Shown: piece by piece, positions 1 to 11,458 of the stretch | Layout: the number at the start of each line of letters is the position of its first letter | Position numbering within the stretch: position 1 is the stretch's first letter | NCBI GenBank assembly: GCA_043228905.1 | Contig: JBHGNT010000012.1 | Coordinates: 18,538,001-18,602,000, forward strand | Reading direction: 5' to 3' | DNA length: 64,000 bases | Source of the DNA: Azolla caroliniana | Taxonomy: Eukaryota; Plantae; Polypodiophyta | Position numbers and translations under genes: made by a program | Notes under the pieces: generated by a model | Database searches by the model: none | Told to the model about the DNA's origin: nothing | Seen by the model: the letters and a program-made list of their open reading frames with translations, nothing else

Positions 1-1002
1 AGCAGATTTATGCACAATCCTGGCCGATCGCATTGGAACGCAGTCAAGCATGTGTTCAGATATCTGGCTGGCACAAAAGACCACGGCATTCTTTTCGGTC
101 CGAACCGAACCTCAGGCGTAGTCGGTTACACCGACTCGGACTTCGCCGGCTGTATAGACAGTCGGAAATCAACAACCGGATACTGCTTCAAATTCGGCAA
201 TGGAGCAATCTCGTGGAAGTCGAAACTTCAGGAGTGCACAGCGACCTCAACGACCGAAGCAGAATATGTAGCTGCGTCCGACGCAGCAAAAGAAGCTTTG
301 TGGCTCGGTCGGCTGGCGCACACGTTTCGACAAGTCGACCATGACTCAGCTCCAGTTGTCTACAGCGACAGTCAAGGTGCTGTTGCCCTGTCGAAAAATC
401 CGGTTCACCACAACGCCTCCAAACATATCGACGTTCGATATCACTTCGTTCGGGACTGCGTCATTTCAGGGAAAATCGGTCTAGAGAAAATATCCACAAC
501 CGACAATGTCGCAGATGGAATGACCAAGTGTCTTTCGGCAGACCGTTTTCGGTCTCTTCGGCATCAGATGGGCGTAACGACAAACCAGTCCGGTTAGAGC
601 CGGACACAGAGCAGGATGGTTCCCGACAACCGACATCAGTTCCTTAATGATCGGCTTCAACTGTTCCGACCCGACCAGTTCGGTCTTCTGCCTTCGGACC
701 CTGCCGACTCGAACAAAGCTGATATGTCCGAGAACCCAAGTCTATACCTGTAATCTTAGATAACCCATGTATACGCCCATTACGGGGGAGTGTCGAATAC
801 ATGTGTATAATGGACGTATTCACACTATCCCGTTTTGGCCATTTATGTAATTAGCATAAAGGGTAGTTGCCCTAAGTCGGTCACTATATATAGTGACCTT
901 GTAACCTTTTTGTAAGGTTGGATTGTTGTATTCTTGTCTATTGGAATAAAGAGCTTTTTGTGCCTCTCTCTCTCTCTCACTCTCTCTCTCTGTGCAACGA
1001 CA
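1..1002 (+). mobile_element. 3' end of a Ty1/copia LTR retrotransposon (RT C-terminus/RNase H, PPT, 3' LTR)
   Basis: ORF 10..597 carries copia motifs HWNAVKHVFRYL, GYTDSDFAG, ISWKSKLQ..TATSTTEAEY and KHIDVRYHFVR. PPT GGGGGAG at 784-790 is followed by TGTCG at 791, with the inverted CGACA at 998-1002. The LTR end could instead be 1068. Confidence 0.9.
10..597 (+). CDS. Copia polyprotein C-terminus (RT end + RNase H), partial
   Basis: Uninterrupted ORF with Ty1/copia RNase H motifs; it continues upstream of the window. Confidence 0.9.
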   Translation: MHNPGRSHWNAVKHVFRYLAGTKDHGILFGPNRTSGVVGYTDSDFAGCIDSRKSTTGYCFKFGNGAISWKSKLQECTATSTTEAEYVAASDAAKEALWLGRLAHTFRQVDHDSAPVVYSDSQGAVALSKNPVHHNASKHIDVRYHFVRDCVISGKIGLEKISTTDNVADGMTKCLSADRFRSLRHQMGVTTNQSG

Positions 1003-1403
1003 TAGAAACAGTCATACGCAGGTATTCAGCAAGACTCGAATGCTTCTTGATCTTCCGCATTGACGACATTGTCTCCAACACCATACGTATCATATGTGCA
1101 TTTGCATTCGAGAATGATTTCAATCAAACGTGTATGGTAAATCATCTCAAAGTTGGATTGGATTGACTATGGTCTATATTATATATTGATTCACTCTCAA
1201 TTCCAATAAGTGGACTCTAATCCATTGTGAACCACCAACATAAGTATGGTTGCAATATTTGCATTGTATCACATGCATCCTTTTGGGATGCTTCTTAAGA
1301 ATCAAGACATCTCTATCATCCTCACTTTAGAACTTTACAAAAAAATGAGTATGAACTATAGAAATTGAATCAAAATATGTCATTATAAATTATAATCAAA
1401 CGT

Positions 1404-1612
1404 TCAAAAACTCATAAAACGTATATTTGAGAATATGAAGAAAACATGACATAGGCAGTAGTAGCATAACAACTTACCACTAGGGAACAAAGAAAGAAAA
1501 AAAGAAGAAGAAAAAGAAAAAGAAAAAGAAACGATCAAAAACTCATAAAACGTATATTTGAGAATATGAAGAAAACATAACATAGGCAGTAGTAGCATAA
1601 CAACTTACCACT
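1404..1612. repeat. Direct repeat, ~130 bp period, 2 copies
   Basis: tcaaaaactcataaaacgtatatttgagaatatgaagaaaacat(g/a)acataggcagtagtagcataacaacttaccacta occurs at ~1404 and ~1535. Confidence 0.85.
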
Positions 1613-1689
1613 AAGGTGACCTAATTTCTAATAACAAAGAAAGAAAGAAAAAGAAGAAAAAGGAACATGACACTAACAAGAGGATGATG

Positions 1690-1922
1690 AAGTTGGGAAT
1701 TGAACCCAAGACACAAATAATAGTAGCACAACAACTTACCACTAGTTTATGCTTAGTTCTAATAATAAAAATAAAAGAAAAGAAAAAATTATTATAACAC
1801 TAACATAAAATTTTGCTATAAAAATGGTACTAATGAGAGAGGGAGAGAAAGATGAGAAAATTGGGAATCAAACCCAAGACATAGACACCAATAGCATGAC
1901 TCCTTACCACTAGGGTGAGCTA
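1690..1922 (-). repeat. Two degenerate tRNA-derived (SINE-head-like) modules
   Basis: The reverse complement of 1861-1921 reads agctcaccctagtggtaagg...gtcttgggtttgattcccaa (A-box- and B-box-like). A related copy at ~1692-1745 has GGGTTCAATTCCC. Confidence 0.45.
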
Positions 1923-2399
1923 AATTGTAACTATCATATATGAAAAAAAGGAATAAAAAAACGAGCACGTATTTTTCCCATTTCAAACGTGTTCATTTCC
2001 AAATGTTTGAATGCTTGCACAAACACGAATATTACGTTCTATGATTATAATGGTTAAAGATTTGATATGTTTATAACAAGGTTGTGGGTTCAAATCTTTT
2101 TGAGACATCATGTGAGTGTCATAATGACACTTACTAAACACTTCTTCTATATATGAGCCGTTATATATGATTGGTAGTCCATTTGCCTCCATAGGTTCCA
2201 CAAGTGTTTCACCCATGGGGTGTCATGCCAAGAACATCTTATTGGATCAATTCATTGATTATTTCGCAAGGGCTTTCCCATCTCTTTCCGTTTTTCACTT
2301 TTTTCTTCAAGCATTGATTGCATGGGAATTAGAAATATTAATATGTATGCACAAATACATTAGATGCTTAAATTTATATAAAGCAAATTTTAGAATATT

Positions 2400-2800
2400 A
2401 TGAGGATTTTGACGATAATTGAATAAAAGAATAAAAGAGAGTTGGGGGGATACCCTTGAGTTTCAATAGTGTGAGTCTATGATCGATGACAATGTCACCT
2501 TGGTTGTTGTAGGCCTCCCACACGCCATCATTTGCTACCTTGTGATTTGGTTTGTTGTCAAAGCCATAGTGGTTGAACACCAAAATGAGCAAACTCAATC
2601 ATAAACTCTTTTATTCATTATATATCTTTAAAGAGTTCTCTTGTCGGATAAATGCATTATTCTCTCTTTTCACGTGTACGGATAGTTTTGCTTTTGAGTA
2701 TGCACTTTGTCATTATCCTTACATGGGTGACTTGCTTTGGCAAAACCATACATGTTTCCAAAGACAAGAATTGACATTGGTCAAAACATGTAACGCCCTC
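2400..2800 (-). pseudogene. Highly degenerate Ty3/gypsy pol relic (protease-RT junction)
   Basis: Interrupted minus-strand translation (..VKDNDKVHT.., FGVQPLWL..KPNHKV..) resembles the gypsy protease-RT linker and RT start; many stops. Confidence 0.35.
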
Positions 2801-5360
2801 ATCGCTTATGGCCTTGGATCATTCCTAGAATATTTGGGTCTTGAAATGGTCCATATTTTGTGTGTCCTTTTGCCCCACATGGGCCCCACTCTCACGTCAA
2901 TCTTTACTTATCCACAAATCCCTTGCCAAATCTCAGCCAAATTTGCGTTGATGCTTATTGTAGCCTTCGCCATCCGACCCCTTTTGGGCCCCTTCTCATA
3001 TTGTGTCGTCACTTGAGAGGTTGTCACCTCACTTTCATTCTTGACCTTCTATTTTTTTGAAAGAAGTTTCAACCGCAATCGAGATGGTTCGACTACTCTC
3101 ATTGAGGCATAAACCTATCTATGTCTAAGATCCTCTACTTTGTTCACCCTTTCATTGGGTTTCAAACTTGTTTCTTTGCCTTCCCTTTTCTTCATTTGTC
3201 CTAAATATGGTATTTTAGGTAGCCAACTAGAAAAGCTGCGTAGGAGATAGTCTTATGTGCACAAATTCCATATGGTTGATGAACATTCACCTCACTTCCC
3301 TTATCCTCATTCTTCTTTTCATTTTATTCCACTGAAGTTGAGGTGTTAGCTCTATCTAGAAGAACAACCCTCAAAGCAATCAACCCAATCATCAACTTGC
3401 CTCTCCACACCCCCCTCCATTTCATCCTTCACAGATTCATCTCTCTTCACACCATCATCATCCTTCTCTTGGATCATTTTGTGGTGTAGGCTTGAAACTC
3501 CAATGATGGATTTCATGCAATTGACTAAGCTCTTCTAGCCTATGAGATCCCAAGTCTTGGGATTTGGTGATGAATCAATCCAATCGTATTATTTCTTTAT
3601 TCTTGTTGGATTTCTTAAATCCTTCCATTCACCAATTCAATACTAGCCTTCTTTCCAAAAAACTTCACCATTTCACTTATGGTCATGAGCATGTTTAAAC
3701 ATAAGCATGACACTTTGGAGATGACATTCATGTTGTCATCTAAATTGCCGCAAAACTCTTTCTCATTATTTGTGAGGAAGTTGTCATCTAGATTCAAAGC
3801 TTGAAAGATGCATGTTATCACATTGTTTGAATCATCAATTCCTTCATTGCCTTGTTTGGCTACCTCATGAGTTGCTTCACATAAGGTCCTAGGTGGAGTG
3901 AAGTTTGGGCATGAAGCTTTAGATGTGGAATTTATACCAACATTTGAGCCACTATTAAGTTTCTCCTTCCTCTCCTTAAGAGTAGTAACTATTGCACTCA
4001 GCCTTGCATCGTCTGAATTGTCTCCAAACTCCCTCACGTTTCGGAGAAGTACACCATCATATAGTTTAGACCATTCTCAAGGACCTTGGTTTTGCCCTTC
4101 TTGTTGGCCATTTCGTAGTTACATGACAATTCGATGGTGTATGCCACCCTTTCTTCCTTAGTCTTTTGCTCTTAACTTCGCATATTTATTCTCATCAACA
4201 TTTATATAATTCCCTTTTAGGCTCTAATCATGCTTCCCAATTATCTCTTCCATGTCGAGCATTGAGGACCTCTTTCTTAGTTGCCTCAATTCAATTGATC
4301 ACCAAAAACTTCTCCTTTAGGATTTGTCACTTCTAGGTATAACGTGTATGGTTGGTGGTTGTGTACATGTCAAGAAAGCACAATATTCTCATTTTCGTTT
4401 TCTTATAATGGTTGCATATTCATCTCAATTCTTTCCCATTCTTAATTAACCCATTTGCACCATCACCATCTTCTGATTGAAATGCCAAAAGAAGTTCTTA
4501 TATGGCAGAGCACCCAAGCAATGTATAAAAAGAAGATACAATGCATAAACCAGTTTATACCATCACATATTGTTTGCAAGTAAATGGCCATCACATATTG
4601 CTTGCAAGTAAATGGTGCGCTAATACAAACATGTCATATTAAATGGATTATTCTCTTTGAACCCTTTTGTTTGTTGAAGCTTATGGCTTTGCCTTAAATA
4701 CTTGAGGAGATATGACCCAATGCCAATTATTTGTATGAGCCATTGGTTTTCTTTAATAAGAAAAATAAAAATTGTATGTTAGGTTTTCTCCTAACATGAC
4801 ATTTTCACACATTCTAGTGTTACCTTCCCAATTCCTAGTGGCCAAATTAGTTGCTTTCAATTAGTGTGACTTGCACTTAACATATACTTCATACTAGCAA
4901 TTCATCATGATCACTAAGTGAGCACGTTCCTAATCACCAAAGTTGGGTTCCATTGGGTCAAATATTTTGCGCCGTGATAATGTCTTCAAAAACCACGCGT
5001 TTATGTCATCTCTCATAAAGTATTACTAATGTTGCAGTCATTAAATTCCATGGTGTGGTATGACTTCCTTTCCACCCACCATAACGATGAATGTTCGTCC
5101 CTCAAGCATTCCATGTGCAAATAAGAGCATATTCGAGGAAAACTCCATTTCTCACATAAAGCAGATAGTCTAGGCGGTTCTCATAGAAAAAGTTGAAACA
5201 TATGGTTGGAATGCTAATGTTCACATTCTAATTGCTTCCACACAATGTTGGGGCCTATACTTACCACAGAAAACATGTCCGTTCATCTCAATCATTCCAT
5301 ACAAAGAACAGAGTGAAGAAGAGAACCCTAATAAAGAACCAGAACCCATGCATACATGTA

Positions 5361-5648
5361 TTGAATTAAAATTAGAATTTGTATCGTCCATGAAGAGGCC
5401 AATTTTGACCTATGGGACCAGAGTATACATGTGTTCTTGATATGTGTCTCCTTCCTAAGAAGGGGTATTCATACATTGAAGCACAAAGTCTCTATGTGTG
5501 AATAAAGCATACACATATGAGCTCAACCTTCTCTGTGGTGTCTGAAGTATGGCATTTAAGTTATTACTTCCTCTTAGTATGTCAGCATATCTTGAACGAA
5601 TTGCACTATATGCCGAGCATGTGAAGAGCAAGTGAAGAGCATGTCGAG
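5361..5648 (-). mobile_element. 5'-truncated LINE (family B) 3' end with short (TCTAAT)-like tail
   Basis: Closely similar to 50579-50860; encodes HLLFTCSAYSAIRSRY..MNTPS*, a LINE ORF2 C-terminal Zn-knuckle region. Confidence 0.8.
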
Positions 5649-5654
5649 TATGTG

Positions 5655-5693
<39 letters not shown>

Positions 5694-5702
<9 letters not shown>

Positions 5703-7999
5703 AGAAAGATATATTAACGTCTTCTAAGGCCAACATTGGCCCATGAGACAAATGGTTTACAACAAAAAATGGGATATTTACCCATTCATCGAAAGTAAAA
5801 AATAAAAATAAAAATAGAGTTTTAAGCTAAATAGTTCTCGTAAAATAACAAACATGTTCTACAATGAAAATGATGTTATACTAGGCCTAATTTCATTTCC
5901 ATTCAAGTCCCTCGAAGAGAAGCAGGAGGTCAAAGGGTTTCGATGTGGATGTGGCCCGTGACCCCAATGTAAAAGGTACCCCAACCATAGCTTCTAGTCG
6001 ACGTAGCTCACGTTCCCTTATCTTCTTAATCCTTTCTACTCCGTGTCAACTTGTTTTGAAGCCCAACGTCCGAGGGCATTTGGTTGTTCTTTGCATTTCG
6101 GCTTCCTTCAGAGAGAGGCCGAGATGCGTAAGTGTATCTACATTTATCGTCTCACTTTGTTCCTGAAAAATTACACTAGTTACAAGTTGATGAATAGTAA
6201 AAGGGTTATGGTTAACACTTTGTAATTTATTCTCCCTATGTTGTTTTAGCTCTAAGATATACCTACCTAGTCTCTTTACATTTGGGGTATCTAATAGTTT
6301 GGAGAGGGTGGGAGAGGGTCCCAATATGTCTTGGTATTCCACTCATATCTCGACATAAGTTGGGCACTTGCATGTGAAGTGATACTCCTCCTCTATCTCT
6401 ATGTGGCATAACCTACATAGCCTTTCCTCCCTAGGGACTCTATTAGCCAACCATTCTCAATCTCAAGTTGGTGAGATGATATCCTAAGTTGTCCAATGGC
6501 CACCCTTAGTGCATTTGACAAGATTTTATCTAGATATCTTGGTCGTGTAATAAAACCTAATTGAGAGAAGTGTAAGAAGTGTTCCTTATAGTACAACATT
6601 TTAGATGGGAGTGGCTCTCGTGGGGTGATCCATTTATATCGAGTGTGAATTTGCCATATTTCTTGGTGTATCACTTTATTACGGTCTTCATGAGATATTA
6701 GAGTTTGGTCAGTCCCATGGTTGTACTTAAGGGGGGGGCAAGTTATTAATGTCTATGTCGTTTGCAAGTAACCAACTCACCACAGTGCTATACCAAGAGC
6801 TAGTGTCTCCACACCCATGTAGGGATTGGGATGCCTCAAAGGCTCGACGGGATATCCTATCTTATGTTTGGCTATGTATCCAATGAATAAAAACTACCAC
6901 TTGACACAGTGCTTCTACTAACATTGGGGGCAGACTAAACTCTTCTCTAATAATGTCATGTGGTACTGTCGATTTGCTTCAGAGTTGACGTGATAACATC
7001 GTCACCAAAGGTCTCTCTAATTGTGTCCACATGAAAGATGGTAGACCTGGAGCCCATACTACTGATGCATACATGAGAGAAGGGGTCACTAATGAGTCGA
7101 AGAGCCATCCCTTAGTCCGTGGCTCTTGAAAGTATGCCTGATGGCATTGTCTCTCTAAGAGTGAGAGGGATGCATACCCTCTCGTTAGTCTCTCTTTGGA
7201 TGCCTGGGTCATCGAGAATTTACCTGAGCGAGCACTAAAAGTGACTCCTAAGTATACATTTGATCCAACTACCTCAACTAGTTTATGAGAGAGGATTAGG
7301 TGACATTTACTCCTAACTCGGGACGATGTATGAAAGATAAGGACTTTAGTTTCACTAGATTCACTACTAGTCCTCATTGTGTGCAAAAGTCATCAGATAG
7401 GGCATTAAGATGCTTTTGTAGGTCGTGTTTCGATTGGAGAGCAAGACAATGTCGTCTGCGTAGAGTACGAGACTAACTTGCATATCCCCAATAATTACTC
7501 CCTTGCCTCCCTTTCGAGCAATAAAATCAGTGATCTCATCAATGTAGATCCCAAAAAGAGTCGGTGATAGGGGGAAACCCGGTTTTACACCAATGGTGCT
7601 AGTGAAACAATCGGATAGGCCACTTGGGCATCTTACACACCCAAAGACTTGCTCATATAGGGCATAAATGGCCCAGATCATGTCATTTGGTATCTCCAAG
7701 CTCTTAAGTCTATCAAACAACTTCTCCCTAGGCACCGTGTCAAAGGCTTTGCGGAAGTCCACAAAGCAACAATATAGTTTCTTCTTACGACCCCTCGTCT
7801 GGCCAATTAAGCACCTAAGTGTGAAGATATGGTGAATAGTGGAGAAGGCTAATCTAAAGCCAGCCTGCTCAAGTGCTCGAAGACTTAATGTTTCCATATA
7901 ATCGCTGAGCTCCGCTTCCATTACCGCACCATATAGTTTAGCGAGCGTATGACCTATCATAATGGTCCTATATGTATTTGGGTCCATTGGATCCCCTCC
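5694..7999 (-). mobile_element. 5'-truncated LINE (family A) with (TTTC)n tail, degenerate RT
   Basis: RT motifs YRTIMI, FVDFRKAFDTVPR, GVKPGFPLSP and LYADD, plus LRISSHQLEIENG. Collinear with 13296-15598 and flanked on both sides by (GA)n. Confidence 0.9.
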
Positions 8000-8139
8000 A
8001 GAGAGAGAGAGAGAGACAACGTGGTGTCCATCTAGACGATGCCCAAGGAAGGAGCACAGGAGTGGCCATACAAAGAACAGAGTCAAGAAGAGAACCCTAA
8101 AAGGAACCAGAACGTAGGGATACATACATGTATGTGGAC

Positions 8140-8187
<48 letters not shown>

Positions 8188-8416
8188 ATGGCGTCCATCC
8201 AGATGATGGCCCAAGGAAGAAGGAGCACAGAAGTGGCCATACCAAGAACAGAGTGAAGAAGAGAGCCATAAAAGAACCAGAACCCATACATACATATAAT
8301 GTATACATACATACATGTATGTGGACGACAAAGACAACATGGTGTCCATATGGATGAAACCAGAACCCATACATACATACATACATACATACATACATAC
8401 ATACATACATACATAC
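8000..8416. repeat. Tandem ~170-bp units with (GA)n and (CATA)n microsatellites upstream of the J-protein gene
   Basis: The unit ..aagaacagagt(g/c)aagaagag..aaccagaac..catacatgtatgtgga occurs at ~8070 and ~8240, and also at ~5300. Confidence 0.75.
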
Positions 8417-9070
8417 AAGAGGGGTTGCATTCACATTGGGTTCTCTCTGCTCCCCTGTCTGTCTCTGTCTGTCTGTCTGTCTGTCTGTCTCTGCCTGTTT
8501 CACAATGGAAGAAGGAAGAAGCCCTTGGATTTCTGCACACTTCCAATGAGAAATGGGGGAGCATCTCAGGGACATGGTGAGTACTACTCCTCTCCCAATT
8601 TTGCTACTGTAATCTCTCTCTGTCTCTGTCTCTCTCTGTCATTTCAGGGTTTTTTCTGTGCAGGATTATTTCCCATAACTCTTCTTCTTGCGGAAGCTTC
8701 TTTTCTTATATCCTTTCCTCTGCTAGGTTTTCTGTCCCTCTCTACAAGCTTCAAGTAAGTTCCACCCCCCCCAACTACGAACTTAACTAATTCTCGATCT
8801 GTTAATTTGGCCTTGTTTTTGCTTTCTCTCTCTAGATTGCCTTCCTTTTGGATTTCTTCTTATTCTTTTATCCCCCGTCTGTAGCATAATCCCGTCTCCA
8901 TTTTATACGCAGGTACAGACAGGTTCCCGTCATTTTAGGGTTTAGGGTACCTACTACTCACACAGCCATGCCTTCATCGCATAGCTCCCTTGTGTTTTTT
9001 TGAGCTCAAAGAAAGAAAAAAGAAAAGAAAAAAGAAATAGAAAGAGACACAGGGATACAGAAAAGGTGTC

Positions 9071-11458
9071 ATGGAATGCAATAAAGATGAAGCTTTCAGA
9101 TCAAAAGGTATTGCGGAGGCCAAATTCTCGCAACAGGATTATGTCGGAGCTAAGAAATTCGCCCACAAAGCAAAACAGCTTTTCCCAGAGCTAGAAGGCA
9201 TCCCTCAGTTTATATCAGCCTTAGAAGTTCACATTCTAGCCGAGAACAAGCTACAAGGAGGTGAGACAAACTGGTATGCAATCCTTCAAGTCGACCCTTC
9301 TGCTGATGATAACACCATAAGGAAACAGTATAGAAAACTTGCGTTGCTATTACATCCGGATAAGAACAAATCCGTGGGCGCAGAGGCGGCATTTAAGCAC
9401 ATCTCAGAAGCTTGGGCGATACTATCCGATAAGGCGAAAAAAGCATCCTATGACTTGAAATGCAAAGGTAAGATTCCCCCTCGTGTTTCTGTTTCTTCTC
9501 ATCATAAGGACCCGCCAACTGCCGCAACAGCTGGATGCTCCCAGAGTGTGAACATGGCAAAATCACCACCACCACCACCACCACCTCCCAAAAGAAGAGC
9601 CCCATCACAACCTCCTCGGAAATCTCAAACTCAACGTCCCCCGCCCCCTAAGCCCAGCATTCGGAAAGTGACCACTTTTTGGACTGCTTGTCCATCTTGC
9701 AAGATGGAGTTAGAGTATCAAAGAGTTTATTTGAACAAGTCATTGTGTTGCCCTGTTTGCTATAAGCCTTTCTTAGCAAAGGAGGTCGTGCCAGTGGGCG
9801 GAACTATACTATGGCCACCTCCTGACATGGGGATCAGCACCCACTCTGATGGAGTTCATCCAAGTGTGACCAATGGAACAGCTCCTTCTGGAAGTGTCCA
9901 TTCTGGAAATGTACAAAATGATATTAGACCACCTGTGGAAAGTAGGGCCAAGATACCAATACAGAAGGATAATGTTGAAATTCGGGCAGGAGTTACAATC
10001 GAGCTTCCTTTGGGAATCAAGGAAGAGATTCATGAAAACCATACAGAGCCGAGGGTGAGTGACGAAAGTAAGCCAAAGGTAGAGGTCAATGCTGAAAAAG
10101 ATGCTTGTGCAAAGGAAGCGTTTAAGGCGAGGTTCAAGAAAGAGAGTCCAGGGGGATTCTCTGAAAGAGCTAAGAAGAAAAAAAAGAATCCTTCAGATGT
10201 GAACCCAGCAGAGGACCAGAAAACAAAGCCGAATGAAGCCAAAGAAGCCGCACATGCAAAGGAAGCTTTCAGTAGACTAATGGGGAAATCCAAGGGTGAT
10301 GTTGAACCCAAATCATCATCAGAAAAGCTAAGGAAAGATGTAGAGAATAGCCAAGAACATCTTATGATGGGTAACTCAGGGGTGGCATTCAAAACAAACT
10401 CTACATTCTTGCATAAAATGCCGAGAACAAATAATGGGAATGTAGATTTGGAAGGGCATATTAACAATAAAGGTAAAGTTGAATGTGTGTCAATTAACCA
10501 CCGAAAATGTGCAAAGAGTAAAAGGGTCGCTCCCACACTTGACCATGCCAATCCAGGAAAGAAAATGAAAGAAGAAGACAACCCAGAAGGTAGAGCTGAT
10601 GATAAACCTCTAAAAAAACGTGACCGCAAGGTGGCTCGCAGTAAGGCTTCTTATTCGGGAGATGGCCATCAAGGAATCCCTTCATTTGAGCCCCCAATGT
10701 CAGCATTTGTTGTGGACCTGAGCTCCATGGCCGTGGCTGCTGCCACTGATGATGGCGATGGTGATGATGCCTCAATCACTGTTCCTGATGCTGAGTTCTA
10801 TGACTTTGATAAAGATCGTTCCGAGGACCATTTCTTGGCCGGGCAAATATGGGCTGTGTATGATGATGATGATGGGATGCCACGATACTATGCGAAAGTG
10901 AATAAAGTTTTCTCATGTCAGCCATTCAAGTTGCAAATCGCATGGTTGGAGCCACGGTCATACGATGACGAGACATTAGCTTGGATAGAGTCCGGTATGT
11001 CGATTACATGTGGAGATTTTAAGCTTGGCAAGGCACATGTAAGTGATCAAATCAACACATACTCACATATGATGGTGTTTGAGAGAGTCCAAGGACAAAA
11101 AGGTGGATTTAAGATCTATCCAAAGAAAGGGGACATTTGGGCACTATACAAGGAGTGGGACCACCTGAAGGTCAAAGAAAAAAAACCTAGTTATATTGTA
11201 GTGGAGATCCTAACTGACTTCAGTGATAAAGAAGGGGGGCAAGTGTGGAAGCTTATCAAGGTTGACGGTTTTAAGACTCTTTTCCGGAGACAACCAGGAA
11301 AAGGGCATGTAGAACTGATCTCAGCCATTGAATCGAGGAGGTTTTCTCATCGCATTCCAGCATATTGTCTTTCAGGTGATCAAGGACCAAGGGTACCTGA
11401 AGGTTGTTGGGAGCTTGATCCTGCCGGAACTCCACCAGAACTCATCACTGGAATATAA
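9071..11458 (+). CDS. J-domain (DnaJ) protein with Zn-ribbon and C-terminal DUF3444, intronless CDS, 795 aa
   Basis: MECNKDEA start, J-domain WYAILQV..LHPDKN, TFWTACPSC..CPVC Zn ribbon, and DUF3444 motifs VPDAEFYDFDKDRSE..GQIWAVYDDDDGMPRYYA..YPKKGDIWALY..WELDPA. Confidence 0.93.
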   Translation: MECNKDEAFRSKGIAEAKFSQQDYVGAKKFAHKAKQLFPELEGIPQFISALEVHILAENKLQGGETNWYAILQVDPSADDNTIRKQYRKLALLLHPDKNKSVGAEAAFKHISEAWAILSDKAKKASYDLKCKGKIPPRVSVSSHHKDPPTAATAGCSQSVNMAKSPPPPPPPPKRRAPSQPPRKSQTQRPPPPKPSIRKVTTFWTACPSCKMELEYQRVYLNKSLCCPVCYKPFLAKEVVPVGGTILWPPPDMGISTHSDGVHPSVTNGTAPSGSVHSGNVQNDIRPPVESRAKIPIQKDNVEIRAGVTIELPLGIKEEIHENHTEPRVSDESKPKVEVNAEKDACAKEAFKARFKKESPGGFSERAKKKKKNPSDVNPAEDQKTKPNEAKEAAHAKEAFSRLMGKSKGDVEPKSSSEKLRKDVENSQEHLMMGNSGVAFKTNSTFLHKMPRTNNGNVDLEGHINNKGKVECVSINHRKCAKSKRVAPTLDHANPGKKMKEEDNPEGRADDKPLKKRDRKVARSKASYSGDGHQGIPSFEPPMSAFVVDLSSMAVAAATDDGDGDDASITVPDAEFYDFDKDRSEDHFLAGQIWAVYDDDDGMPRYYAKVNKVFSCQPFKLQIAWLEPRSYDDETLAWIESGMSITCGDFKLGKAHVSDQINTYSHMMVFERVQGQKGGFKIYPKKGDIWALYKEWDHLKVKEKKPSYIVVEILTDFSDKEGGQVWKLIKVDGFKTLFRRQPGKGHVELISAIESRRFSHRIPAYCLSGDQGPRVPEGCWELDPAGTPPELITGI

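Noticed and set aside
1690-1922. Functional tRNA genes
   Set aside because: No complete cloverleaf or acceptor stem; only degenerate A/B boxes are present.
3615-4037. 140-aa ORF as a host gene
   Set aside because: It lies in decayed retroelement-like sequence with no recognisable motif or splice support.
7367-8575. 402-aa ORF as a novel RT fusion protein
   Set aside because: Its N-terminus is read-through of microsatellites (SLSLSL, CMYV) into a truncated LINE RT.
10030-10629. Antisense ORFs within the J-protein gene (and similarly 54559-55065 in NFRKB, 36719-37264 in the orphan)
   Set aside because: Shadow frames of purine-rich sense coding sequence.
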